Origin: Candidatus Latescibacterota bacterium
GTDB lineage: Bacteria; Latescibacterota; UBA2968; GCA-2709665
Direction of reading: 5' to 3'
Length of the DNA stretch: 64,000 nt
Assembly: GCA_965226795.1 (NCBI GenBank)
Contig: CBDDDZ010000005.1
Location: 992,001 to 1,056,000, forward strand
Position numbers and translations under genes: made by a program. Under the pieces are notes generated by a model, which saw nothing but the letters and a program-made list of their open reading frames with translations, did no database searches and was not told the origin of the DNA. Of the stretch, positions 41,488-51,913 are shown one piece after another (the first letter of the stretch is position 1; each line of letters opens with the position of its first letter).

Positions 41488-42232
41488 ATGCGAAGGCACC
41501 GGGCGCCGCTTCACCCTTCCACGGGGCTTTGCCGTGCGTTGCGGGAGGGTCTGCGGCGGCGAGCTGACCCGGCGAAGGCGCCGGAAATGCAGGCGTATAT
41601 GAAGTCGGAGATGCCCTATCTCGGGGTGCAGGCGCCTGCGCTGCGAGCGGTCTGCCGCGAGGTCTTTGGCGCACATCCGCTGGAGACATACAGGCGATGG
41701 CGCCGCGACGCCGTAATGGCGATCTGGAGACGCGCGGACTACCGCGAAGAGTGTTACGCGGCAATCCGACCTGTCTGGTTACCGCCAGTGTCGCGAATTC
41801 CAGACCTTGGAAAACTTCCCATGTTACGAGGAGATGGTGACCGACGGTGCGTGGTGGGACTATGTCGACGCCATTGCGGGGCGCCTTTTGGGCGGATTGC
41901 TCGCCCGGTATCCCCGGGAGATGAAAACACACATGCTCGATTGGGCGCGGTCGCCCGACATTTGGAAACGCCGTACGGCCATCCTCTGCCAGTTGAGCTT
42001 CAAGGACGCGACCGACACCCGGCTGCTCCACGCGTGTATCGAGCCGTCCCTCGGACACCCCGAATTCTTCCTGCGCAAGGCGATCGAGTGGGCGCTCCGT
42101 CAGCACGCCAGGACCGATCCGGAAGGCGTCATCGCCTACATTACGGAGAACGCGCGACGGATGAGCGCCCTAAGCAAACGCGAGGCGCTTCGCGTCGTCG
42201 TCAAGGCCGGGCTTGTCGACGCTGTGCCGTGA
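41488..42232 (+). pseudogene. DNA alkylation repair protein (AlkD-like), frameshifted
   Basis: ADPAKAPEMQAYMKSEMPYLGV in one frame; WWDYVD...WKRRTAI..Q...EFFLRKAIEWALR in another. Confidence 0.75.
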
Positions 42233-42350
42233 ACGCCCGATCCGCTGACATCATCAGGGGACAACGCATCGAGGTGCTTGTGAAGCCCGTTGCCGCCGCC
42301 ATGCTCTACGATGTCGTCCAGTACCCGCACAGGGTCTGGCCGAGTTTCAG

Positions 42351-43136
42351 TCAGGCCGAGGCGCCGGAGTAGTGACGGAGCCCCCATCGCCAGAACATAC
42401 GCGAGGCGATCAGCATACCGGCCGCAATGAGGACGGCGGCCGCGAGGGACTCGGTATCGAGCCGGCCGGTCAATGCCCGGGCGGGGACCGTGATCGCGAA
42501 CGCGACGGGAACGATAAAAGTCAGAATGAAGCGGAGCCAGTGGGGATAGATCCCAATGGGCCAGCGGCCGGCCTGAACCATCGCGTCGAAAATGTTGAGG
42601 ATATTCTCGATCTTGATGTACCAGAATGAAATGGTCGACAGAATCAGGAAAAAGCTGTAGATCGTGGCCGCGCCGCAAAGAAGGACGAGCCCGAAGCTGA
42701 TTGCGTCCACGACGCCGACGGCGATGCCCCTCTTGAAAAGCGCATACGACAGCACGATCCCGCCCAGCGCGAAGTCAGTTGCCTTCCAGATACGAAACTG
42801 GCTGATGCTGATCAGAAACTGCGCATCCGCAGGCTTTGTCAGTGTATAGTCGAGCGTTCCCCGACGGACGTCCGTCATCAATTGCGCCATGCTGGGACGG
42901 ATAACGATAGAAATCGCCCCACCGATTGTGACGAACACGCCGATCAGGGCGAGCAGATCGCAGGATCTCCAATCGCCCAGTGTTTCGGTGTGCAGAAAAA
43001 CCACATAGACCCCGAGAAGCGCCTGTACAAGACTCACCATGGATTGCAGGATCTGGACGTAGAAGTTGACGCGGTAGGCGAGTTCGTTGAGAATGCCGAT
43101 CTTCAGGAACGTCCATATGACAATCAGCTTGTGCAT
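42351..43136 (-). CDS. ABC-2 family transporter permease
   Basis: ELAYRVNF, GTLDYTLTKP, RWPIGIYP, RHYSGASA. Confidence 0.85.
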   Translation of the reverse strand: MHKLIVIWTFLKIGILNELAYRVNFYVQILQSMVSLVQALLGVYVVFLHTETLGDWRSCDLLALIGVFVTIGGAISIVIRPSMAQLMTDVRRGTLDYTLTKPADAQFLISISQFRIWKATDFALGGIVLSYALFKRGIAVGVVDAISFGLVLLCGAATIYSFFLILSTISFWYIKIENILNIFDAMVQAGRWPIGIYPHWLRFILTFIVPVAFAITVPARALTGRLDTESLAAAVLIAAGMLIASRMFWRWGLRHYSGASA

Positions 43137-43164
43137 CGTTCGGATCCCCGGCCCGTTTGAGATC

Positions 43165-43959
43165 TCAAGATCCCACTGCCGAGTATTTCCTGATACCACG
43201 GTACCAGATGAGTTTGACAATGGCGAGTCCGATGATGACCCAAAGAGCCTGCATCAGGAAACCATGCGTGATCTGTGCCCGGTCGAGCCTGCCCAGGAGG
43301 AGCTCTACCGGAAAGGCGACCGACCACTTGAACGGGAGCGCGTCGGCGACCGATCGCGCCCCACCCGGAAGCAGATCCAATGGGGCGATCCGCCCCGAGA
43401 GGAACAGACCGAAGAGATAGTATATCTGATTGACGGCCTCGTTTCGCGTCGTCCAGAAGGCGACCAGTGAAAGGGACCATTCGACGAAAAACCTGAGGAT
43501 GTACGCCAGAATCAGCGAGACCAGGAAGAGGAACGCGTTTTTGAATTCGATGTCAAACGTGGGATTGAACAGGAGGCAGAGCACAGTCACGGACGGGATC
43601 AGCACGAACAGCGTCAGGGTCTTGTAGCCGATGTTGTCTGCAATGTCGCTGTGGATGGGATGAATCGGCTTCAGGAGCATTGCGGACAGTTCGCCGTGCT
43701 GCACCCGATAGCCCATCTCGTGCATGATCCAGGTGAACGTCCACATATTGACGACCATCAGGACGATGTAATACGCGGCGAACCCACCCGCATCGTAGCC
43801 GTCCACTTCTCCGCCGCGGGCTAACGCGACAGTTGACCACACGACACAATAGATCGTCGGCTCGAGAAGCCCCCCGATCATCCAGATCGCCATGGCGACG
43901 CGATATTGAAACTGAAGCGCAAGGGTGGTTTTCAGGTATGCCCAGTAGATCGAAAGCAT
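43165..43959 (-). CDS. ABC-2 family transporter permease
   Basis: FQYR, GELSAMLLKP, LSGRIAPLDLLP, KYSAVG. Confidence 0.85.
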   Translation of the reverse strand: MLSIYWAYLKTTLALQFQYRVAMAIWMIGGLLEPTIYCVVWSTVALARGGEVDGYDAGGFAAYYIVLMVVNMWTFTWIMHEMGYRVQHGELSAMLLKPIHPIHSDIADNIGYKTLTLFVLIPSVTVLCLLFNPTFDIEFKNAFLFLVSLILAYILRFFVEWSLSLVAFWTTRNEAVNQIYYLFGLFLSGRIAPLDLLPGGARSVADALPFKWSVAFPVELLLGRLDRAQITHGFLMQALWVIIGLAIVKLIWYRGIRKYSAVGS

Positions 43960-44118
43960 TGGTGTTCATTGGCATCCGGGTTTTACGATACCGATCGGAT
44001 GTAGTGGAGAAGCGAGAGGTAGAATGTGGGTCCGTCTTCCGGGGATCATGTGGACGGTTCCGGGCCGGCCGGATTTGGTGCCGGAACCCGCGGCCGAGTC
44101 CGGCTTCTACTTTCAGGT

Positions 44119-45150
44119 TCAGGCTGTTTTCGATTTCGCGAGTCCGATTTCGGCGCCGGTTGTCCCGGCGCCCTCTTCCGGCGTCTCAGCGGAAAAAACC
44201 TGCTCGATGACTTCCTCGATCGGCGGGTCTTCAACCGTCAGGTCCAGCACCGGCAAGTCACCCAGAATCTTCGCAGTCACGTGTGGGGTGGCCTCTTTGG
44301 GCACGCGTAAAGAGTAACGCAGCCCGGCTGCGTTAACGACTTCTCCATAGGGCGAGAGATCCACATTTTCGGTCTCGAGTTCAACTACAACGTTCTTGTG
44401 GGGGGAGAATTGGGTGACGAGGTCGGAAAGCGGACCGTCGAAAAGAATCTGACCGTGGTGGATGACGACAACACGTTTACAGAGGGCTTCGACGTCGGCC
44501 ATGTAGTGGCTGGTGAGCAACACCGTCGCGCCGTGTGCGCGGTTGTACTCTCCGATGAACGTACGAATACGGCGCTGCATGGTGACGTCGAGACCGATTG
44601 TGGGTTCGTCGAGGAACAGTACCTTTGGACGATGCAGCAGGGCGGCCGCGATCTCGCACTTCATTCGCTCACCGAGCGAGAGGTTTCTGACCGGTTTCGG
44701 GAAAAGCGATTCCAACTCGAGCAATTCCGTGAGTTCATCGAGTGTCTCTCTGTAGCCACTGGGCGTAATCCGATAGACTGCCCGATTGCGTTCCAGTGAG
44801 TCGATCACCGGGATGTCCCAGATCAGCTGATTGCGCTGTCCCATAACCAGCGTAATCTGGCCGAGGAAAGCCTTTTCGCGCCTATGGGGGATATGACCCA
44901 GTACTTCTGCCGTTCCGTCAGTGGGATAGAGCAGGCCCGAGAGCATCTTGAGCGTTGTGGTCTTTCCCGCCCCGTTTGGACCGAGAAAGCCCACGATTTC
45001 ACCGGGTTCGACGCTGAAGGAAATGGCTTCGACAGCCTTGACTACACGTGTTTTCCGGTTGACCAGGCTCTTGAGCGCGGCAGCAAGACCGGCCTCGCGT
45101 TCAGGTACGATGTAGAACTTGGAAAGATCTCTAACCGTAATGGCGTGCAT
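44119..45150 (-). CDS. ABC transporter ATP-binding protein
   Basis: GPNGAGKT, LSLGERM, FLDEPT, TSHYM. Confidence 0.92.
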   Translation of the reverse strand: MHAITVRDLSKFYIVPEREAGLAAALKSLVNRKTRVVKAVEAISFSVEPGEIVGFLGPNGAGKTTTLKMLSGLLYPTDGTAEVLGHIPHRREKAFLGQITLVMGQRNQLIWDIPVIDSLERNRAVYRITPSGYRETLDELTELLELESLFPKPVRNLSLGERMKCEIAAALLHRPKVLFLDEPTIGLDVTMQRRIRTFIGEYNRAHGATVLLTSHYMADVEALCKRVVVIHHGQILFDGPLSDLVTQFSPHKNVVVELETENVDLSPYGEVVNAAGLRYSLRVPKEATPHVTAKILGDLPVLDLTVEDPPIEEVIEQVFSAETPEEGAGTTGAEIGLAKSKTA

Positions 45151-45253
45151 GGCCGCTCGGATACCGCTGCAGGTGAAGTCTTTTCACCTTGAATATGAAA
45201 AGGGGAGATGCAACCCGCGTTGAAGACCCTACGTTGACTGGCCTAGGCCTGCC

Positions 45254-45620
45254 TCAGCCCGTACCAGTTTCCGTCCTCGTCGGTTGAAGATGGCAAAGAG
45301 CCCCCACGTCATCTCTCGGGGCTCCTGGGTGAACGTCACGCCCCGTGCGCTCATCTCCTCGATAAGTCGCGCGAATATCGTCGCATTGGAACACGATGGA
45401 CGGCTTTCGTGCCGCCCGGTCGCTCATCAACGTTCCGGGATACAGAACCAGATTCGACCGGGCGCCGGGCGAACCGACTTCGATCCATTTCGAGTTGGGG
45501 CCCATATCTGCCTGGTAGCACACCTCGCAGCCAACCCGCTTTGACCGGAACCGAACCGCTTTGCGCTGGTCTGCAACATACACAGCAGCGGTAGCGATCT
45601 ACGAAATTATCGCGACCTTC
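45254..45620 (-). pseudogene. VOC/glyoxalase family pseudogene
   Basis: VYVADQRKA...DMGPNSKWIEV...SIVFQCDDI, then a frameshift (GVTFTQEP...WGLFAIF continues in another frame). Confidence 0.65.
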
Positions 45621-45746
45621 CCCGATGGGTGATAACCGACCCCGGTCATTCATTTTATGGATAACGAACCGCCGGCCTCTTGAATGCGGCGGCCCCTTAC
45701 GGCGTAAACCGGGAAAACCATTCCAGACAAAATGCAACCCGGGCAC

Positions 45747-46977
45747 TCATACCTGAACCCTGTCCTGTATCACTTGCCAGTCGGATTCCGTCATGTCGCT
45801 GTAATGCCAGTAAATGAGGGTGGTCAGGCCGCCATTCTCAACGGTTTGCAGCATGTGTTCCAGTTCGCGACTGTCCATGCGGACACCACCGTGATGCAGC
45901 CCCATCCAGGGCCGGATGCGTGAGACGTCGCCGAGGCGTTCCCTCATTTTGGTAATTTCGCTCAGGGCCACCTGCTCGAAGAACTCGGCGGGCAATGCGG
46001 CGTCCAGATCGGCCAGGCGCCGGGCGCCGGGAATCCAGAGGGCGAAGAGTTCGCGCACGCGGTCGAGCGCTTCCGCGTTCGGTTATGCCAGGGTTCCACT
46101 CGCACAGGGTTTCCCCGTAGCGGTACAGGGTGCCTTTCAGGCCGTCTATGCCGTGCTGCCAGAAATAGAGTTTGGGGCACTGGAAGTCGACGATTTCCGA
46201 CAGGCGCGCAAAATTGTAGCCGGTGAGGGGCGCGAAGGCGGGCAGACGGGGGCCGCAGGCCAACTTTCGCGGCGGGTCGAGCGATCGGGCGGTGTCTGCG
46301 AAAGCCCTTACGTAGTGCTCGATGCTGTCGGTCTTGAAGCGGAACCAGTCAAAGAGACCGGGGTTCGAGATGAGTGTGTCAAGGCCATCGATCAGACCGC
46401 GTTCGCGCCGGCCCGTCGGCAGGCTTCCAAGGTTTTTTAGCTGGTCCTTAAGGCGGCCCTGGGCCTGCCAGAGGGCATCGAAGTCATACCCCCATTCTTT
46501 CGCTTGCGCACGGCAGCATTCGCAGTCGCACCGGAACAGGTTGCTCCGATCGGGTGCGATTTCGTACCCCCACTCAGGTCCGTCGAGGATGAATCCGTCT
46601 ACTCCCGGAAAACTCCGAACAACGTCCCGCGTTCGCGCCGGGCCGTACCGGAGTTTCTCGGGATTGTTGATGCAGCCCGGGGAGGATTGAAGCCAATCGT
46701 GCAAGTATACGGAGAAGTTGCGGTTTTTTGCCTTTTCAACGGCACGTTGCAGCGTTTCGAACCGGGGGATGTCTTCGCGCGACATCTCCGGGGGACGCGT
46801 CTCACACCCCTGGTAGAGTTCCGGCGTGGCCGGATACGCGGGCGACGTCCCGAATCTCAGGTCGCCCAGCACGATCGTGTCGATGCCCACCCCTTCCAGG
46901 CGGTCCAGGATACTGTCGGCGCCTTCTTCTTCGAAGGCGTCGATGAGGCCGATAAACATCCATATATCGAGTGGCAT
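45747..46977 (-). pseudogene. Uncharacterised (possibly TIM-barrel/glycoside-hydrolase-like) protein split by a frameshift near 46070
   Basis: ORF 45838-46977 (DGFILDGPEWGYE, CPKLYFW) continues in ORF 45747-46058 (PWMGLHHGG...IYWHY). A real pseudogene or an indel error. Confidence 0.55.
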
Positions 46978-46990
46978 GGCAGGTCCTTAC

Positions 46991-47022
46991 AAAAAGGAGG
47001 GCGGGTATGAAACCCCGCCCCC
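46991..47022 (-). terminator. Hairpin plus U-tract after nadA
   Basis: Minus strand GGGCGGGG-TTTCATA-CCCGCCC followed by TCCTTTTT. Confidence 0.5.
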
Positions 47023-47044
47023 GCGGCATACGTTATCTGTGAAT

Positions 47045-48094
47045 TCAACCTATTTCCAACATCCGATCCACCGCGCGTTTGGCTCGAATGCGGATTTGCT
47101 CGGGTACCTCGATGATCTGCTCATTGTTTTTCAGGGCATTCAGCGTGTCTTCGAGGGTGATTTCGTTCATGTGCGGACACCGGATGCTGCACAGCCGAAC
47201 CATTTCCTTGTCCGGGTTGTCTGCCATGATATTGTCACCCATGCTGCATTCCGTGAGGAGCAGATAGCTGGACGCTTCAGTCTCTTGCACATAGGCGCTC
47301 ATCTTGGACGTGCTGCTGGAGAAGTCGGAAGCCGCCACAACTTCGGGGCTGCACTCCGGATGGGCGAGAACGAGCACGCCCGGGAATTGCTCGCGCACAT
47401 CGGTGACGTCGCCGACGGTGAATTTCTCGTGCACTTCGCACCGGCCGTGCCAACCGATCATCTCGTATTCCAGCTCTGTTCCGGGCAGTTCGGGTTCCTC
47501 CCTTGTGGGGAAAATGATCCGCTTGCCGGTTTCCTGGGCCACGTTGGCCGCCAGGTATTCGTCGGGAAGAAAGATGACGGTATCGCAACCGAGCGATTCC
47601 ACGACCCTTGCGGCGTTGCTGGATGTGCAGCAGACGTCGCATTCCGCTTTCACGTCTGCATAGGTGTTTATATACGTGACGATAGGGACCCCCGGGTAGT
47701 CCTTCCGCATTCTGCGGACGTCCTGAGCGGAGATGCTTGCCGCCAGGGAACACCCGGCAATCTTGGCCGGTAACAGAACGGTCTTGTCGGGGTTGAGGAT
47801 CTTCGCGGTTTCCGCCATAAAACGCACGCCGCAGAATACGATGGGGTCGCAATCGGTTTCGGCGGCTTTACGGCTGAGTTCGAGTGAATCCCCCACCACA
47901 TCGGGCACGGTATGAAACAGCGCAGGTTCCATGTAATTGTGACCCAGGATGATGGCGCCGCGCTCTTCCTTCAGGCGGTTGATCTCGTAGACCAGTTCGG
48001 CTTTATATAGAAGCTCGATTTCCGGCACGATACCGCTGAGTTTGCGCTCCATCTGTTCGTAGGTTTCGTGGAGCGTCTTTTCCAGAATTGCCAT
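47045..48094 (-). CDS. nadA: Quinolinate synthase
   Basis: ILGHNYM, GDSLELS, FCGVRFMAETAKILNP, GCSLA, YINT, CCTSSNA, CEVH, AHPEC, CPHM. Confidence 0.96.
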   Translation of the reverse strand: MAILEKTLHETYEQMERKLSGIVPEIELLYKAELVYEINRLKEERGAIILGHNYMEPALFHTVPDVVGDSLELSRKAAETDCDPIVFCGVRFMAETAKILNPDKTVLLPAKIAGCSLAASISAQDVRRMRKDYPGVPIVTYINTYADVKAECDVCCTSSNAARVVESLGCDTVIFLPDEYLAANVAQETGKRIIFPTREEPELPGTELEYEMIGWHGRCEVHEKFTVGDVTDVREQFPGVLVLAHPECSPEVVAASDFSSSTSKMSAYVQETEASSYLLLTECSMGDNIMADNPDKEMVRLCSIRCPHMNEITLEDTLNALKNNEQIIEVPEQIRIRAKRAVDRMLEIG

Positions 48095-48173
48095 GACGTA
48101 GATCTCCGTGCCCGTTCAATGCGGGTTTATTTACGCTAAAGATAACCAAAGTGTTTCGTATCGGCAAGGGATA

Positions 48174-48863
48174 GATGCGGTTAAAAAGCTCGGATGGACG
48201 GATCCTATCGGCAAGAAGTTTGAGTGGCGCGGTCGACAAAAAGGCCGGGTGATCGGTGTTGTCAGGGATTTTCATTCTCTAGTCGTTGCATCACCGCGTA
48301 GATCCGGTGGTTATGTTTCATTGAATTCATCTGATCCTATCGTTGCGGATTATCCCGGACGGAATTCCGGAGACAATGGCTTTTCTGGAGCAGACCTGGA
48401 AGACGTTCACCCGCACCTGCCGTTTGATTTCTATTTTGTGGATAAACGGGTCCAGGGCAGTTATCAGTCGGAGATCCATCTAACCCGGACGGTTGGAATT
48501 TTTGCATTGCTTGCCGTTTTCGTGGCCTCTCTGGGTCTGTACGGATTGGCTGCGTTCACGACTGAGCAGAGAACCAAAGAAATCGGCGTCCGAAAGTCAT
48601 TGGGGGCATCCGTTCTCCGTATTGTCGGGATGCCGTCGAGGGAGTTTCTGACCCTGGTGGCCATTGCCAACCTGCTGGCCTGGCCGTTGACTTACTGGGT
48701 GATGAACGCGTGGCTGAGGGAGTTTCCCTATCGGGTCGATCTGGGTATCGGTGTTTTTATTCTGAGCGGTCTGATCGCATTCGTGATTGCGCTGGGGACG
48801 GTGAGCTATCACGCATCCAAGGCGGCCCGGACAAATCCGGTGGATGCTTTGCGGTATGAATAG
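48174..48863 (+). pseudogene. 3' remnant of a MacB/FtsX-type ABC permease
   Basis: IGVVRDFH...GLYGLAAFTTEQRTKEIGVRK.LGAS...NPVDALRYE. The 5' two-thirds are missing, and the internal segment has compensating frameshifts plus a stop. Confidence 0.75.
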
Positions 48864-48964
48864 CGAGGAGGGATTTCTCAGTCGGCCGCCGATTCGTCTG
48901 CGAACAGGTTCCTCGCGCCCGTCGTCTGCCGACCCTGCCGGCGGACCCCCGGTGCCGGTTCGGT

Positions 48965-50023
48965 CTAGACCCTCAGATCTTCCTGCCGCGAACGCTTGAG
49001 GAGTTCCGCCTCCGCCGCCTGCCTGTCCGCGTCGGTCTTGAGCGGGGTTACGGTGACCCCCGGCGCCGGCCGCGGGGAAAGGATCCGGCTGGCGCCGGCA
49101 TTTCGGAGCGCCCGGACAACCGGTTCAGAATCCGGCGCCAGCGCAATGATGGTGCCGCCTCCACCCGCCCCGGCCAGTTTGGCTCCCAATGCCCCTGCGT
49201 CCAGCGCCGCCTGAATGAGGCGTTCGTTTTCTGGCCCGGAACCGCCCAGGTCCCGCTGGATCTCGTGATTCTCGACCATCAGTTCGCCGAGTGTCTGCCA
49301 GTCTGCTTCCAGAAGCGCTCGTTTTCCCATCCGCGCCAGGTGGGCAATCCGGAGGTAGCTGCGTACGACTTCCCGGTCGCCCTCCAGCCAGCGTTCGCGA
49401 ATTGGTCGGTGAACCAGGGCGGAGTTGCGTTTCACGCCCGTGTGGGCCAGGACAAAGGGGCATCCGCCTACATAGGGCGCGAGGGGCTCCACGGTGGCGT
49501 AGGGTTCGTCGGCCAGCGCACGGTAGAACTGTTTCTCGCGGAAATCCAGATAATTCAGTCCTCCGATCGTGCACATATAGGCGTCCTGGTAGCCGCACAG
49601 AACCAAATAGTGCAATTCGATGTGGCGGGCCATTTCAGCACGGTGGTACACGTGAACCGACCGGCCAATGTAGGCCAGAATGGCGTTGAGAATGGATACG
49701 ATCAATGCGGATGAACTGGAAAGACCCGCACGGAAGGGGACGTCGCACGCCCATCGCAGAGAGAACAGCGCCTTCTTCAGGTCGAGGAAGTCGACGACGG
49801 CCTTTGCAACATCGAAATATCCACCGTCCGGTTTCAGTTCTTCGGAGGTGCGAACCACGTGGCGGCAGCCTGCGGTCTCAAAGACGAGCTCATCAGCCGG
49901 TTCGATCAGCACGACGGCGCGTTCCACCGTGGAACAGGAGATGACGCTGCCGCCATACATGTCGGTGGGGTTGCCTATAATGCCCGCTCTTCCCGGCGCC
50001 GTGCTCAGGTAAGCCTCCGGCAT
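48965..50023 (-). CDS. GHMP-family sugar kinase (glucuronokinase/galactokinase-like)
   Basis: APGRAGIIGNPTD, VPFRAGLSSSSA, CGYQD, AKLAGAGGGG. Confidence 0.85.
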   Translation of the reverse strand: MPEAYLSTAPGRAGIIGNPTDMYGGSVISCSTVERAVVLIEPADELVFETAGCRHVVRTSEELKPDGGYFDVAKAVVDFLDLKKALFSLRWACDVPFRAGLSSSSALIVSILNAILAYIGRSVHVYHRAEMARHIELHYLVLCGYQDAYMCTIGGLNYLDFREKQFYRALADEPYATVEPLAPYVGGCPFVLAHTGVKRNSALVHRPIRERWLEGDREVVRSYLRIAHLARMGKRALLEADWQTLGELMVENHEIQRDLGGSGPENERLIQAALDAGALGAKLAGAGGGGTIIALAPDSEPVVRALRNAGASRILSPRPAPGVTVTPLKTDADRQAAEAELLKRSRQEDLRV

Positions 50024-50025
50024 AC

Positions 50026-50931
50026 TCAGAATTCCCTCAACTGTTTCTGGATATGCTGGCGGATGATATAACCGTGGCGCTGGTCGGAAATGGCGAAGTC
50101 TATAAAGGCTTTGTAGTAAGATACGGGGTCGCCGATGCCATATCGAAGTTCCTCTTTCTTCAGCCGGATGCACCGTACCTTACGGCCCATCTTGATAAGC
50201 GTGGCTATCGCGTCCGTCAACTCCAGTTTGCCGCTGGAACCGGGCAGGGTGTGCCGCAGCGCATCGAAAATCTCGGGATGAAATACATATCGGGCGGCGA
50301 CTGCAAGGCGACTGGGCGCGTCAGCGAGAGCCGGCTTTTCCACGATGCTCTCGATCTCGAAGTCCGTCCTGGCCCTGCCTCTGGGCTTGACGATGCCGTA
50401 ATTGGGCACGTCCGAGGGATCCACCTCCACGACGGCGATCGTACAGCAGGAATCGTGCTGGAAATGGGACCTGATCATCCTCCGGATCAGCCCCGCGTGG
50501 CTCCCGGATTTGACAATCGTATCCCCAAGCGCGACAACAAAAGGGTCGTTTCCCACGAAGTCTTCGGCTCCGCCGATGGCGTCTCCAATTCCGGGCGGTG
50601 TGTGCCGCCCGTGAGGGATGAGCTGGCGGGTGAAAAAAAATCTGACCGACTCCCGTCCGTAATCCACCACGCCCAGCAGTTCCCGGTTTTCGCTTTCCGA
50701 TAGACGATTCAACAGTTCAGGGTCCCGGTCGAAGTGATCTTCGACAGAACGTTTGTCGCGCCCGGTAATGAACAGGAATTTCGTCAGGCCCTGGTCCACC
50801 ATTTCTTCCACGACGTATTGGACCACGGGTTTACACGCAACAGGGAGCATCTCCTTCGGTTGCGATTTGGTGGCCGGCAGGAGCCCGGTGCCCATACCGG
50901 CTAACGGGATCACGACCTTCTCGATTTCCAT
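50026..50931 (-). CDS. galU: UTP--glucose-1-phosphate uridylyltransferase (GalU/GalF) family protein
   Basis: KVVIPLAGMGTGLLPATKSQPKEMLP, EDHFD, LGD, VEKP, LTDAI. Two usually conserved residues are substituted. Confidence 0.8.
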   Translation of the reverse strand: MEIEKVVIPLAGMGTGLLPATKSQPKEMLPVACKPVVQYVVEEMVDQGLTKFLFITGRDKRSVEDHFDRDPELLNRLSESENRELLGVVDYGRESVRFFFTRQLIPHGRHTPPGIGDAIGGAEDFVGNDPFVVALGDTIVKSGSHAGLIRRMIRSHFQHDSCCTIAVVEVDPSDVPNYGIVKPRGRARTDFEIESIVEKPALADAPSRLAVAARYVFHPEIFDALRHTLPGSSGKLELTDAIATLIKMGRKVRCIRLKKEELRYGIGDPVSYYKAFIDFAISDQRHGYIIRQHIQKQLREF

Positions 50932-51385
50932 AAGACGGAACTCCCTGGGTTTCTGCTTTCTGTTATCCGGTCGGGCGTACCGCCGGCGTCGGCAACCTGT
51001 TTCACAGCGGCCCCACGTGGCATTTGCCGACGGAGTTCACCTTCGAACGGTTCGCGCATGCGTGTCCGGCCTGATCGGGTTCGTCGTGCGGCGGCGGATT
51101 TCGGGGGCCTCTTTGCGCGTACGCCTTGAGAACAGGATCCCAATAGAAGGGAACATAAAATCAGGGCGTGCCTGCTGAGGCACACCCTGTATTCGATGTG
51201 ACGGTCATGGTTCGCACCGCGGCGGTTGAATCCGCACACACCGGCGTGTCAACGAGATCGCGTTCGTTCGGCTCGCGTCGATGGGCCCGGATAACCGTTC
51301 GGGTTCGTTGTGCGTGGCCGACACGGGCCCTTTGCGACACTCTATAGAACCGGCCAAGGTTGTTTCCGGACGCGTGGCCGTTTTT

Positions 51386-51718
51386 TTACAGCACGGCCTC
51401 GAGTTTTTCGACCAGTTGTTTTTTGGGGACCGCGCCGACAATCTGGTCGGCCAGTTCGCCGTTTTTGAATATGAGCAGTGTTGGTATACTTCGGATTCCG
51501 TAGTCGGCGGCGATTTTCTGTTCGGAGTCCACGTCGACTTTTCCGACCTTGACGCGGCCCTCGTACTCGACGGCCAGTTCGTCCACAATTGGCGCAACCA
51601 TGCGGCAGGGGCCGCACCACACAGCCCAGAAGTCCACGAGCACCGGAATGGTGGACTTGACCACTTCAGACTGAAAGCTATCGTCGGTTATGGTTATTGC
51701 ATTTGCCAACGCACGCAC
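51386..51718 (-). CDS. trxA: Thioredoxin
   Basis: VLVDFWAVWCGPC, YGIRSIPTL. Confidence 0.96.
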   Translation of the reverse strand: MRALANAITITDDSFQSEVVKSTIPVLVDFWAVWCGPCRMVAPIVDELAVEYEGRVKVGKVDVDSEQKIAADYGIRSIPTLLIFKNGELADQIVGAVPKKQLVEKLEAVL

Positions 51719-51913
51719 CGCCTTTCGTTAATGTTTCAACGAACATTGAAAAGTTGCCTGCTGAACCGCCTGCGGTCGGATCGACATTCTGCCGATACGA
51801 ACCATCGGAATTCCGCTCCGTCAGGAACTGTAAAATCTACCAAGTTTTCGTGGGCATGTCAAGAATCAGAAAAACGGGTGGAGACTCGAGGGAAGAGGCG
51901 ACCCGGCTCCGGT

